Shown: piece after piece, positions 8,254 through 16,651 of the stretch
Numbering within the stretch: position 1 is the first letter of the stretch
Layout: each line of letters opens with the position of its first letter
DNA from: a bacterium
Lineage (GTDB): Bacteria; 4484-113; JAGGVC01
DNA: 22,574 nt
Assembly: GCA_021158185.1 (NCBI GenBank)
Contig: JAGGVC010000134.1
Location: 1 to 22,574, forward strand
Direction of reading: 5' to 3'
Notes under the pieces: model-generated
The model's input: the letters and a program-made list of their open reading frames with translations, nothing else
Databases searched by the model: none
Told to the model about the DNA's origin: nothing
Position numbers and translations under genes: made by a program

Positions 8254-10449
8254 ATGGAAGCACCTATCCTGGGGATCTCAGTCTGCCTTCAGTTTGCTGC
8301 AGCGTTCTTCGCTCTGCGGCTCACGAGAATTACGGGCAGGCGGGCTTCCTGGTACCTCATTTCCTCGGCAATTCTGCTGATGGCCGTAAGGCGAAGCATT
8401 ACATTGTACGCTGTCTTGACCAGCAATGATCCACGGCCTTTGGACATGCAAGCGGAGATAGTTGCCCTTCTCACCTCAGGTCTTTTACTCATAGGAGTCA
8501 TACTGATCGCCCCAATTTTCCGATCGTTCAGGCGCATTGAAGAATTGCAGGAATCCGAAAAGAGATTCAGGACGCTTTTCGAAACTTCTACAGAAGGAAT
8601 TCTTATTGCAGAAACCAAAACAAAGAAGTTTCTCTACTCAAATCCGGCGATATGCCGAATGCTTGGATATTCTGAATCCGAAATGAAGCAAATGGGCGTG
8701 GTCGATATTTTTTCTGGGAATGCAATTGAGTATGCAGTCTCCGAATTCGAGGCTCTGGAACGGAAAGAAAAAACCCATGTTACAGACCTTCGGTGTCTGA
8801 CTAAGGATGGCAGGATAATTATTTCTGATATGTCGGCTACGATCATTCCGGTTGATGGGAAGGAGTGCATTGTAGGCTTTTTTAGCGATGTAACAGAGCG
8901 GAAGAAGGCCGAGGAAGCGCTCAAGTGGAGCTGGGAGCGATATAGGCTCTTCATCAAGAATTTTCAGGGAATCGCGTACGAAGCGGATATCCTGACATTC
9001 AAACCAACCTTGTTTCATGGCAAAATAATGGATATCACTGGCCATTCAGCGGATGAGTTCCTGAATGACAAGATCACCTGGGTGGGGCTTATCCATCAGG
9101 ATGATCTGGCATCGGTGATGCAGGAGCGAAAGAAGCTTGTATTAACTCCGGACTATGTTGCAAATTCAGAATATCGAATCCGCCGCAAAGACGGGCAGAT
9201 CCGCTGGATTAACGACATTGCTGTTGTCGTCAGGTCGGGAACATCTGAAGCCACAAGAATCCAGGGCACGATTTTCGATATCACAGAGCGCAGGGAGCTT
9301 GAGAAAAAGCTGCTTCAATCACAGAAGCTTGAAGCGGTGGGTCTCCTCGCCGGCGGCGTGGCGCATGATTTCAACAACATTTTGACCGGAATTATGGGCT
9401 ATGCGGATATTCTTGCCGATGAACTGGGCATGGACAGCTCTCTCATCAGTGAAGCAGAAGAGATAAAAGGTGCAGCCATTCGTGCGGCAGATCTCACGAG
9501 CAGGCTTCTAGCATTTAGCCGCAAGCAGGTTATTCAGCCAATCAATATCAGATTGAACGAGTTGATTAATGATATATGTAAGCTCATCAGCAGGTTGATA
9601 GGCAGTAATATCGAGATGGTTTTTGTTCCCGGCAAGGATATCGATGAGATTCATGCCGATCCGGGTCAGGTTGAACAAGTCATGCTTAATCTCGCCGTGA
9701 ATGCCAGGGACGCGATGCCCAATGGCGGACGGTTTACAATAAAAACCGAAAGCGTTGTGCTGGATGATCGGTTTTGCATAGACCATCCGGGCTCAAAACC
9801 CGGCAAGTACGTACTGCTTACGGTTGCTGACACTGGAATCGGGATGGCGCAGGATATAATCGATCATATTTTCGAGCCCTTCTACACAACGAAAGGAATC
9901 GGCAGCGGCACCGGACTTGGGCTTGCAACCGTATATGGAATTATCAAGCAGCATGACGGCCTAATCTACGTAACCAGCGAAACAGGGAAAGGGACTCAAT
10001 TCGAGATGTATTTGCCGGCAGTTGAATCGGAAATCATAAGCAAGCCTGATGAATATGAAGATCATATTGAGGAAATCGGTGCGACGATTCTCCTGGCTGA
10101 TGACGAGGATATGGTACGCAAAACAACGGAGAGATTTCTCACAAATGCAGGATATACAGTTCTAACGGCATCGGATGGAGCTGAAGCGGTGCGCCTGTTC
10201 GAAGAGAATGCTTCATCGATCGACCTCGCCATCATCGATATGATAATGCCCGAATTGGGAGGCATTGAAGTTATCGAACGTATCAGAATGATTGAGCCCG
10301 GTATCAATGTAATCGTCTGCACGGGCTACGGCGGCGCTTCTCAGCCCGAAAAGCTGGCTGAAAAGCACGGGTTTACGCTCGTTGCCAAGCCATTCAGATT
10401 CAAAGAACTTCTTAGCACTGTTCGCAGGGCTCTTCAGAAAGACGAGTGA
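8254..10449 (+). CDS. Hybrid sensor histidine kinase / response regulator with multi-TM sensor and PAS domains
   Basis: The N-terminus has 3-4 TM helices. Two PAS-like regions follow (LFETSTEGILIAE...; YRLFIKNFQGIAYEAD...). HisKA H-box is AGGVAHDFNNILTGIMGYADIL. HATPase_c carries N, G1 and G2 boxes (NLAVNARDAMPNGG, DTGIGM, GTGLGLATV). A C-terminal receiver is ILLADDEDMV...DLAIIDMIMPELGG. The start ATG 8254 has no clear SD. Confidence 0.85.
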   Translation: MEAPILGISVCLQFAAAFFALRLTRITGRRASWYLISSAILLMAVRRSITLYAVLTSNDPRPLDMQAEIVALLTSGLLLIGVILIAPIFRSFRRIEELQESEKRFRTLFETSTEGILIAETKTKKFLYSNPAICRMLGYSESEMKQMGVVDIFSGNAIEYAVSEFEALERKEKTHVTDLRCLTKDGRIIISDMSATIIPVDGKECIVGFFSDVTERKKAEEALKWSWERYRLFIKNFQGIAYEADILTFKPTLFHGKIMDITGHSADEFLNDKITWVGLIHQDDLASVMQERKKLVLTPDYVANSEYRIRRKDGQIRWINDIAVVVRSGTSEATRIQGTIFDITERRELEKKLLQSQKLEAVGLLAGGVAHDFNNILTGIMGYADILADELGMDSSLISEAEEIKGAAIRAADLTSRLLAFSRKQVIQPINIRLNELINDICKLISRLIGSNIEMVFVPGKDIDEIHADPGQVEQVMLNLAVNARDAMPNGGRFTIKTESVVLDDRFCIDHPGSKPGKYVLLTVADTGIGMAQDIIDHIFEPFYTTKGIGSGTGLGLATVYGIIKQHDGLIYVTSETGKGTQFEMYLPAVESEIISKPDEYEDHIEEIGATILLADDEDMVRKTTERFLTNAGYTVLTASDGAEAVRLFEENASSIDLAIIDMIMPELGGIEVIERIRMIEPGINVIVCTGYGGASQPEKLAEKHGFTLVAKPFRFKELLSTVRRALQKDE

Positions 10450-10534
10450 TTGCACGCCTTATGTGGTAATCGTTTAACTCACTTGATTCTACTCGCTTTG
10501 CGTTACAATGCGGTTTCATTTGTCGAGGTGTTAT

Positions 10535-11707
10535 ATGGCCAAGCCGGATGTCTTCGATTTTTTCGATGCCGAGAGCCTTTTGACCGATGACCAGAAGGCG
10601 ATCCGAGACACGGTGCGCGCCTGGGTCTCGGAGCGGTTTATGCCGATCATCGCCGATCATTTCGAGGCGCACACGTTTCCGATGGAGATAGTGTCCGAGA
10701 TGGCGGAGATGGGGCTTCTCGGGCCGACGCTTCCGGAGAAGTACGGCTGTGCCGGCGTGGACAACATTTCCTACGGACTGATCATGCAGGAGCTCGAACG
10801 CGGCGATTCGGGGTTGAGGAGCTTTGCGAGTGTGCAGGGCGCGCTCGTAATGCACCCGATATTCACGTGGGGGAGCGACGATCAAAAGGACTACTGGCTG
10901 CCCAGGCTTGCGAAGGCTGAGGCCGTGGGCTGTTTCGGGCTGACCGAGCCTGATTACGGCAGCGACCCCGGCGGGATGATCACGCGCGCGTATCCTGCGG
11001 ACGACGGCGGGTACGTATTGAACGGTGCGAAGATGTGGATCACGAACGGCACGATTGCGGATGTTGCCGTGGTATGGGCGAAAACGCCTGACGGATTCGG
11101 CGGATTCCTCGTGGAGAAAGGGATGCCCGGATTCACAGCGCCGGAGACATTCAAGAAACTCAGCTTGAGAGCGAGCGTAACGAGCGAGCTCATATTCGAC
11201 AATGTGAAAATCCCGTCGAAAAACAGGCTTCCTGATGCCCACGGACTCAAGTGTCCGCTGAAATGTCTCACGCAGGCGCGATACGGTATCGCGTGGGGCG
11301 CGATCGGCGCCGCGATCGACTGTTTCGCGTGCGCGATCGAGTACCAGAAATCGAGGCGTCAGTTCGACAAGCCGCTCGCGGGTTTCCAGATTCAGCAGGC
11401 CAAATTCGCGGACATGCTGACCGAGATCACGGCGGCCCGGATGCTGTGCATGAGACTTGGAAAGCTCAAGGACGAAGGCAAAATGCACCACGCACAGGTG
11501 TCGCTTGCCAAGAGGAATAACGTGATGATGGCACTCCGCATCGCACGGGAAGCCCGACAGATGCTGGGCGCAAGCGGAATCACGCTCGAATATCCGGTGA
11601 TGAGGCACATGGCGAACCTCGAAAGCGTCTTAACCTACGAGGGCACGCACGACATCCATACGCTCGTCCTCGGCGAAGCAGTAACCGGTATATCGGCATT
11701 CAGGTAG
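10535..11707 (+). CDS. gcdH: Glutaryl-CoA dehydrogenase-like acyl-CoA dehydrogenase
   Basis: ATG 10535 with GAGGTG upstream. The tracked ORF starts at 10508. It has the acyl-CoA dehydrogenase fold with GCFGLTEPDYGSDPGGM and YEGTHDIHTLVLG motifs. Overall similarity pattern and the 390-aa length fit GCDH. The long antisense ORF 10412..11608 is a high-GC artefact. Confidence 0.75.
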   Translation: MAKPDVFDFFDAESLLTDDQKAIRDTVRAWVSERFMPIIADHFEAHTFPMEIVSEMAEMGLLGPTLPEKYGCAGVDNISYGLIMQELERGDSGLRSFASVQGALVMHPIFTWGSDDQKDYWLPRLAKAEAVGCFGLTEPDYGSDPGGMITRAYPADDGGYVLNGAKMWITNGTIADVAVVWAKTPDGFGGFLVEKGMPGFTAPETFKKLSLRASVTSELIFDNVKIPSKNRLPDAHGLKCPLKCLTQARYGIAWGAIGAAIDCFACAIEYQKSRRQFDKPLAGFQIQQAKFADMLTEITAARMLCMRLGKLKDEGKMHHAQVSLAKRNNVMMALRIAREARQMLGASGITLEYPVMRHMANLESVLTYEGTHDIHTLVLGEAVTGISAFR

Positions 11708-11715
11708 GGAAAAAA

Positions 11716-11787
11716 TGGGCGTTACTGGATTCGAACCAGTGACTTCATACGTGTGAAGCATGCGCTCTGCCACTGAGCTAAACGCCC
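11716..11787 (-). tRNA. tRNA-Val (anticodon CAC)
   Basis: Reverse complement folds as a cloverleaf: acceptor GGGCGTT/AACGCCC, D-arm GCTC-AGTGGCA-GAGC, anticodon arm CATGC-TTCACAC-GTATG (U33, CAC, A37), T-arm ACTGG-TTCGAAT-CCAGT, discriminator A. No CCA is encoded, and the 3' end is followed by a T6 run. The tracked ORF 11630..11947(-) overlapping it is spurious. Confidence 0.85.
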
Positions 11788-11886
11788 ATACCGCCTCTGG
11801 TACATCGAAATTATACCATGGCTGAGCGGATCGAAAATGCCGAGCCGGCGTCATTCGAAACATGCGCCGCTCATTCCGTTGCAGGG

Positions 11887-11940
11887 AAAGAAAAAACGAC
11901 CCGATGGCACCGGGGATCCCATCTGGTCGCATGTTTGTTA
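11887..11940. terminator. Hairpin with flanking A-run and U-rich tail; bidirectional terminator candidate between tRNA-Val and glyA
   Basis: Stem CGACCCGATGG (11897-11907) pairs with CCATCTGGTCG (11919-11929), 10 of 11 bp. A(A/G)-run at 11887-11896 gives UUUUUUCUUU after the hairpin on the minus strand. CAUGUUUGUUAU follows on the plus strand. Confidence 0.35.
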
Positions 11941-11995
11941 TACCCATCGCGCTTTTTTCTCAATCTCGATTTCGCATGGTTTTCACTTTGGCCAG

Positions 11996-12004
11996 TGCTA
12001 TAAT
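11996..12004 (+). promoter_or_regulatory. Extended -10 promoter (TGcTATAAT) for glyA
   Basis: ggccagTGcTATAAT at 11988-12004 sits about 27 nt upstream of glyA ATG 12031. It is the same 15-nt motif as at 4621-4636. Confidence 0.4.
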
Positions 12005-12030
12005 TGATGGGAAAGCAAGGAGGAATCATT

Positions 12031-13335
12031 ATGTACGAACACTTGAAGGAAGTCGATCCTGAAATCTACCAGGCCGTGGTAGACGAGGCTCACCGCGAGC
12101 ATGCCAAGCTCGAACTCATTGCGAGCGAGAACTTCGTGCCCTACGCGATTCTCGAAGCCATCGGACAGCCGATGCAGAACAAGTACGCGGAAGGTTACCC
12201 CGGCAGGCGTTATTACGGCGGATGCGAGTTCGTGGACGTCGCGGAAAGGCTAGCGCGGAAGCGTGCGAAAAGGCTTTTCGGCTCCGAACATGCAAATGTC
12301 CAGCCTCATTCAGGCGCACAGGCGAACACGGCGGCATATATGGCCTTCTTGAAGGCCGGCGACAAGATTATGGGGATGGATCTTTCACACGGCGGACACC
12401 TGACGCATGGTCATCCTCTCAACTTCAGCGGTATCTACTTCGATGTTGTGAGTTACGGCGTGGATCGCGAAACCGAGCAGATAAATTATTTCGCTCTGGC
12501 GGAGCAGGTTCAGAAGGAAAAGCCGAAGATGCTTGTCGTGGGCGCGAGTGCGTACGCGCGCAAAATAGACTTCGCGAGAACCCGCGAGATCGCAGACAGC
12601 GTTGACGCGTACTTGATGGTCGATATTGCGCACTGGGCGGGGCTTATTGCTGCAGGGCTTTACCCCACGCCCATTCCACACGCTCATGTTACCACTTCAA
12701 CCGTTCACAAGACTCTGCGAGGCCCCAGAAGCGGACTAATCCTCTGCCCGAAGGACTTCAAGAAGCAAGTCGACAAAGCCGTTTTCCCGGGAGTTCAGGG
12801 AGGGCCGATGATGCACGCCATCGCCGCAAAGGCCGTGTGCTTCAAGCTCGCGGCAACAGAAGAGTTCAAGATCTACCAGCAGCAGGTTCTCAACAACGCT
12901 AGAGCTCTTGCGAGTGCGCTTGCAAAGAACGGATTTCGAATCGTTTCCGGTGGAACCGACTGCCACCTGCTTCTAGTGGATGTGAAGAGCAAGGGTCTTA
13001 CGGGCAAGGAAGCGGAAGAAAAGCTCGACAGTGTAGGGATTACCTGTAATAAAAACACGATTCCGTTCGATACCGAAAAGCCATTCATCGCAAGCGGCAT
13101 CAGACTTGGTACGCCCGCACTGACGACACGGGGAATGGGCGTGGATGAAATGGGCGAGATCGCGGATCTGATTGCCGCAGCGCTTATGGCAGGGGATGAT
13201 TCAAGGGAATTGTCTGCGGTGAAGGGAAAGGTAGCTGAGCTTTGCGATAAATTCCTGCTCTACGAGGAAATCTGGAAGGGAGAGGAATTGACTGTAAACA
13301 AGATCGAGGAAGAAGCTGCGAAGACTGTTCGGTAA
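12031..13335 (+). CDS. glyA: Serine hydroxymethyltransferase
   Basis: ATG 12031 with AAGGAGG 8 nt upstream. SHMT signature blocks are [30 protein letters not shown] and [15 protein letters not shown] (PLP-lysine region). Confidence 0.92.
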   Translation: MYEHLKEVDPEIYQAVVDEAHREHAKLELIASENFVPYAILEAIGQPMQNKYAEGYPGRRYYGGCEFVDVAERLARKRAKRLFGSEHANVQPHSGAQANTAAYMAFLKAGDKIMGMDLSHGGHLTHGHPLNFSGIYFDVVSYGVDRETEQINYFALAEQVQKEKPKMLVVGASAYARKIDFARTREIADSVDAYLMVDIAHWAGLIAAGLYPTPIPHAHVTTSTVHKTLRGPRSGLILCPKDFKKQVDKAVFPGVQGGPMMHAIAAKAVCFKLAATEEFKIYQQQVLNNARALASALAKNGFRIVSGGTDCHLLLVDVKSKGLTGKEAEEKLDSVGITCNKNTIPFDTEKPFIASGIRLGTPALTTRGMGVDEMGEIADLIAAALMAGDDSRELSAVKGKVAELCDKFLLYEEIWKGEELTVNKIEEEAAKTVR

Positions 13336-13448
13336 TCCGGCGTTTCTGCCAGGTAAGCATTGAGTCGGCAACTCAGCCGATTAGGTTCGAGTGTTGTTCG
13401 CTCGCGTGAAGGGCGAATGATGGATAAAGGCAATAAGGAGGACTTATT

Positions 13449-14678
13449 ATGGAATGGGCAAACGAGATTTTCTCGGAACGCGCTCTGAACCTGAAGCGCT
13501 CCGAAATCCGTGAGCTTCTCAAACTCACGTCACGTCCTGGAATAATTAGTTTTGCAGGTGGGCTTCCACATCCCGATACGGTCAACAAGGAGGTTATGCT
13601 CAAGCTCGCCGAGCATGTCATTTCGGAGCACAAAAATACAGCTCTTCAGTATGGGCAAACGGAAGGGATACCGGAACTCGTCAAGCAACTCATTCAATTG
13701 CACAAGGAACTTGACGGCATCGATGTTCTTCCAGAGAATATGATCGTGACATCCGCTGCCCAGCAGGCCATCGCACTCACCGCCAAGATATTCCTCGATT
13801 ACGAGGACGAAGTGCTGTGTGCCCGACCGACTTACCTCGGCTTCCTGCAGGCGGTGAGAAGCTATCGGGGCAAGTTCGTTGGCGTTGACCTCGATCCCAG
13901 CGACGGGATTGACGTCGAGCATATCGAGCGCATTTTCAAGGCGCAGGGACGCGGCAGGATCAAGTACCTTTACCTCGTGCCCGACTTCCAGAATCCTGCG
14001 GGTGTGACGCTGTCACTCGAAAAGAGAATTCGCCTTATCGAGCTTGCGCGCGAGTACAGGTTCGCCATCGTCGAGGACAGCCCTTACCGCCAGCTTCGCT
14101 ACACGGGCGAGAACATCCCTTCGATGCTTGCGCTTGACACGGAGCGCAACGTTGTTGTGACGCTCTATACATTCTCGAAGGTGTTCGCACCCGGTCTTCG
14201 ACTCGGATGGGTAACGGGGCCGAAGCAGGTAATCGACAAGCTCACGCTTGTAAAACAGCCTGCGGACCTTTGCACAAGCCCGTTTGCACAGTTCCTTGCC
14301 GCACATTACATCGAAGACGGTCATCTCAGGAATCAGCTTGGCTTCATCGCAGATTTCTACAGGCCGAAGCAGCAGGCGATGATCGAAGCCGTCGAGCGTG
14401 AGCTTGGCGGTATTCCGGGCGTGAGCTTCACGAAGCCAGAGGGCGGAATGTTCCTATGGATTCAGCTTCCAGAGGGCATAGATTCGGGCGAGCTTTTCCA
14501 GGAAACGCTCAAGCGCAACGTGGCATTCGTCGTCGGCTCCGCGTTCGATCCTTACGCAGAGCGCAACAACTGCGCGAGGTTGAATTTCAGCTTCCCGACC
14601 GTGGAGCAGATTCACGAAGGAATGAAGATCCTCGGCGAGTGCGTGAAGGAAATGGTTACGAAAAAGGCGTCGGCGTAA
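13449..14678 (+). CDS. PLP-dependent class I/II aminotransferase (ARO8/LysN-like, COG1167 type)
   Basis: AAGGAGG upstream of ATG 13449. The N-terminal INFAGGLPHPD-like motif (ISFAGGLPHPDT) and the SKVFAPGLRLGW PLP-lysine region are typical of the 2-aminoadipate/aromatic aminotransferase family. Confidence 0.8.
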   Translation: MEWANEIFSERALNLKRSEIRELLKLTSRPGIISFAGGLPHPDTVNKEVMLKLAEHVISEHKNTALQYGQTEGIPELVKQLIQLHKELDGIDVLPENMIVTSAAQQAIALTAKIFLDYEDEVLCARPTYLGFLQAVRSYRGKFVGVDLDPSDGIDVEHIERIFKAQGRGRIKYLYLVPDFQNPAGVTLSLEKRIRLIELAREYRFAIVEDSPYRQLRYTGENIPSMLALDTERNVVVTLYTFSKVFAPGLRLGWVTGPKQVIDKLTLVKQPADLCTSPFAQFLAAHYIEDGHLRNQLGFIADFYRPKQQAMIEAVERELGGIPGVSFTKPEGGMFLWIQLPEGIDSGELFQETLKRNVAFVVGSAFDPYAERNNCARLNFSFPTVEQIHEGMKILGECVKEMVTKKASA

Positions 14679-14688
14679 TCCGCGCGTC

Positions 14689-15231
14689 CTAGCTCTCGCC
14701 GTTGCCGCCGTCATCTTCCGCGGGATGGACGACAATCTCGTACTCCCGTACGACGGCATGGTCGTGGACAGGCGGAATTGGATATCCTGTATCGTATTCA
14801 AGTATTAAACCGCCCCACTCAGGAGAATCTGCCGTTTCCACTAACAAACGGTAGGTGCCAGCGGTAAGCCCGTCATATTCGAATGAAACTTTGTTTACAG
14901 GCGGTTCGGACGACTTTAGGTTCTTATCCAGATTAGTGATCCAGGCCTTCAAATTGAGATCGCTTCCGTATTTGTAGCTGAAGCAATGGAGCTGATTCGG
15001 GGTTAGCCCACGGAGCACCTTTGGTTTGCGCGATGCCGACACTCTAAGTTCAATCGAAAAAGGCTCGAATTCCACGATTTCGTCGGGGATTATTACAGAC
15101 TCCACATACAAGAGCGCAGTATGAGCTATGGGGAAGCCATAGCCGTACTCCCCATTATCCACAATCCCGCAACTGGAAATCGCAGTGCAGCAAAACACGG
15201 CCATCAGCAGAAAGATACTGAAATATCGCAT
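14689..15231 (-). CDS. Hypothetical lipoprotein (180 aa), last gene of the minus-strand operon
   Basis: AGGAGG 6 nt upstream of the ATG (minus strand). Signal peptide MRYFSIFLLMAVFCCTAISSC with lipobox ISS|C. No recognisable domain. It converges on the aminotransferase gene with only 10 nt between stop codons. Confidence 0.6.
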   Translation of the reverse strand: MRYFSIFLLMAVFCCTAISSCGIVDNGEYGYGFPIAHTALLYVESVIIPDEIVEFEPFSIELRVSASRKPKVLRGLTPNQLHCFSYKYGSDLNLKAWITNLDKNLKSSEPPVNKVSFEYDGLTAGTYRLLVETADSPEWGGLILEYDTGYPIPPVHDHAVVREYEIVVHPAEDDGGNGES

Positions 15232-15271
15232 ATCAACCTCCTACCAGGTTGAAAGAGCTTCATAATAATCC

Positions 15272-15277
15272 ATTATA
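15272..15277 (-). promoter_or_regulatory. Possible internal promoter (-10 TATAAT) for the 180-aa lipoprotein gene
   Basis: Minus-strand GGTGGGTATAAT is about 40 nt upstream of ATG 15231, inside a 230-nt intra-operon gap. The -35 is weak. Confidence 0.25.
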
Positions 15278-15463
15278 CCCACCGGCGCGCGCTCGCGGAA
15301 AAAGTGCTCGCAAAATGCTGAGGATTTTCACCGGTTCTGTGTATAGATCAGCATGGCTTCATATCTTTCATCGCGAGTGAGGATGCCCGAATACCTGGCC
15401 ATGGATGCGTAGTCAGGCGAACGTCCGGCTACCCACCATCCAAGCGAAACTATCCAATACGAG

Positions 15464-16651
15464 TCAATCTCCGTATGAAGCACTTTGATTGGGTAAGGGC
15501 TTTATCTGCACAAACTTGGTAAACAAATCTCCTTCCGGAACGACCAGCCTGTCGGTGTTGAGATCATAGATGAGATTTCCACCTATAGCAAATCGGTCAT
15601 CGCCGAGGTTTGCCACATCGCCCATTTCCTGCTTTTCAGGCAAAACATGAATGGACATCCACTCATTGGTCCGCAGATCAAGAACCGCAAGCTTGTCTCC
15701 AAATCCGATTATCGCTACGGCCAGATTGCCGGTTCTGTCGAGGTCGCAAGTGCCGTTTGACAAAAATATCCCGTGCTGATCCAGGTATTCTCTCGGTGGT
15801 TGGGCAATTGCAAATTCTTCGATGGCGAGCTTTGGATGAATGTACACTTTTAGACCTGTTGTATCTGTGGGAGCGTTGGGAGTCCTAAGGCGCGAAGAGC
15901 TGACAGGAGGAGCCATAACGAGCATGATCAACGCTTGTTGTGAGGGTGAGTATACGATCGGCCCGAATAATCGCCTATCCTTCAAGCTATCGATAACCTC
16001 AAAGGAATCACGATCGACAATTGCTATTCCTTCAAACAACCGGATAACGAGCAGATTCCCGCGCTGGCCGCTTATCATTGCCATTACGCTGCCCCATCCG
16101 CCACCGTCATAGGGCAGGGTCAGGCTTTCTCGATATTCCGGGTGTTCAAGAGAGAGCCTCATCAGTTCACTTTCAGTCAGCGAATACTTTAGTAGAACGT
16201 AAAGCCATTTGTCATCCGCAATCACGTTAAAAGGGGAAGGCGGCTTGTCCCCTAGGTCGATTACAAGCGCTTCCTCTGACGGATTAAGCGGGTCAATACG
16301 AACGAGCTTATTCCCCGTAAAATCGAATCGTGAAAGAGGATACCAGATATACCCGTCTGCGGTCACAGCAAAGTCGAACACGGCGGCGAATGAATCGTCG
16401 GTTTCCGGCAAGCGGCAAAAAACCGGTTCGGATCGACCATCCTCGAAAATGGCAAGCGTATGCCACGCGATGCCCACCCAATGCTGGGCCGCTTTGTCTC
16501 CGGGCAATGCTCCCTGCAAGTTGTTGCCGACAATTTCTTTATTTGTCCGATTAGGCTGCCAGCAACTTAACAGCGCGATGGGTGCAAGCAACAACAAAAT
16601 CAAAAACTGGCGTGTGCTTGCCAAATATGCCCTTTTAACTATTCGCTGCAT
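15464..16651 (-). CDS. Hypothetical lipoprotein (395 aa), possibly beta-propeller-like
   Basis: Start ATG at 16651..16649 shares one nucleotide with the TGA stop (16653..16651) of the upstream gene (TGATG coupling). The tracked ORF extends to 16717 through an upstream in-frame start with no signal peptide. From this ATG the signal peptide is MQRIVKRAYLASTRQFLILLLLAPIALLSC with a lipobox. No recognised family. Confidence 0.6.
   Translation of the reverse strand: MQRIVKRAYLASTRQFLILLLLAPIALLSCWQPNRTNKEIVGNNLQGALPGDKAAQHWVGIAWHTLAIFEDGRSEPVFCRLPETDDSFAAVFDFAVTADGYIWYPLSRFDFTGNKLVRIDPLNPSEEALVIDLGDKPPSPFNVIADDKWLYVLLKYSLTESELMRLSLEHPEYRESLTLPYDGGGWGSVMAMISGQRGNLLVIRLFEGIAIVDRDSFEVIDSLKDRRLFGPIVYSPSQQALIMLVMAPPVSSSRLRTPNAPTDTTGLKVYIHPKLAIEEFAIAQPPREYLDQHGIFLSNGTCDLDRTGNLAVAIIGFGDKLAVLDLRTNEWMSIHVLPEKQEMGDVANLGDDRFAIGGNLIYDLNTDRLVVPEGDLFTKFVQIKPLPNQSASYGD

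Noticed and set aside
10412-11608. 398-aa minus-strand ORF antisense to the acyl-CoA dehydrogenase gene
   Set aside because: It overlaps the confidently assigned gcdH-like gene almost exactly. The translation is Arg/His-rich, typical of an antisense high-GC artefact.
11630-11947. 105-aa minus-strand ORF
   Set aside because: It overlaps the tRNA-Val gene and the terminator hairpin. It is not plausible as coding.
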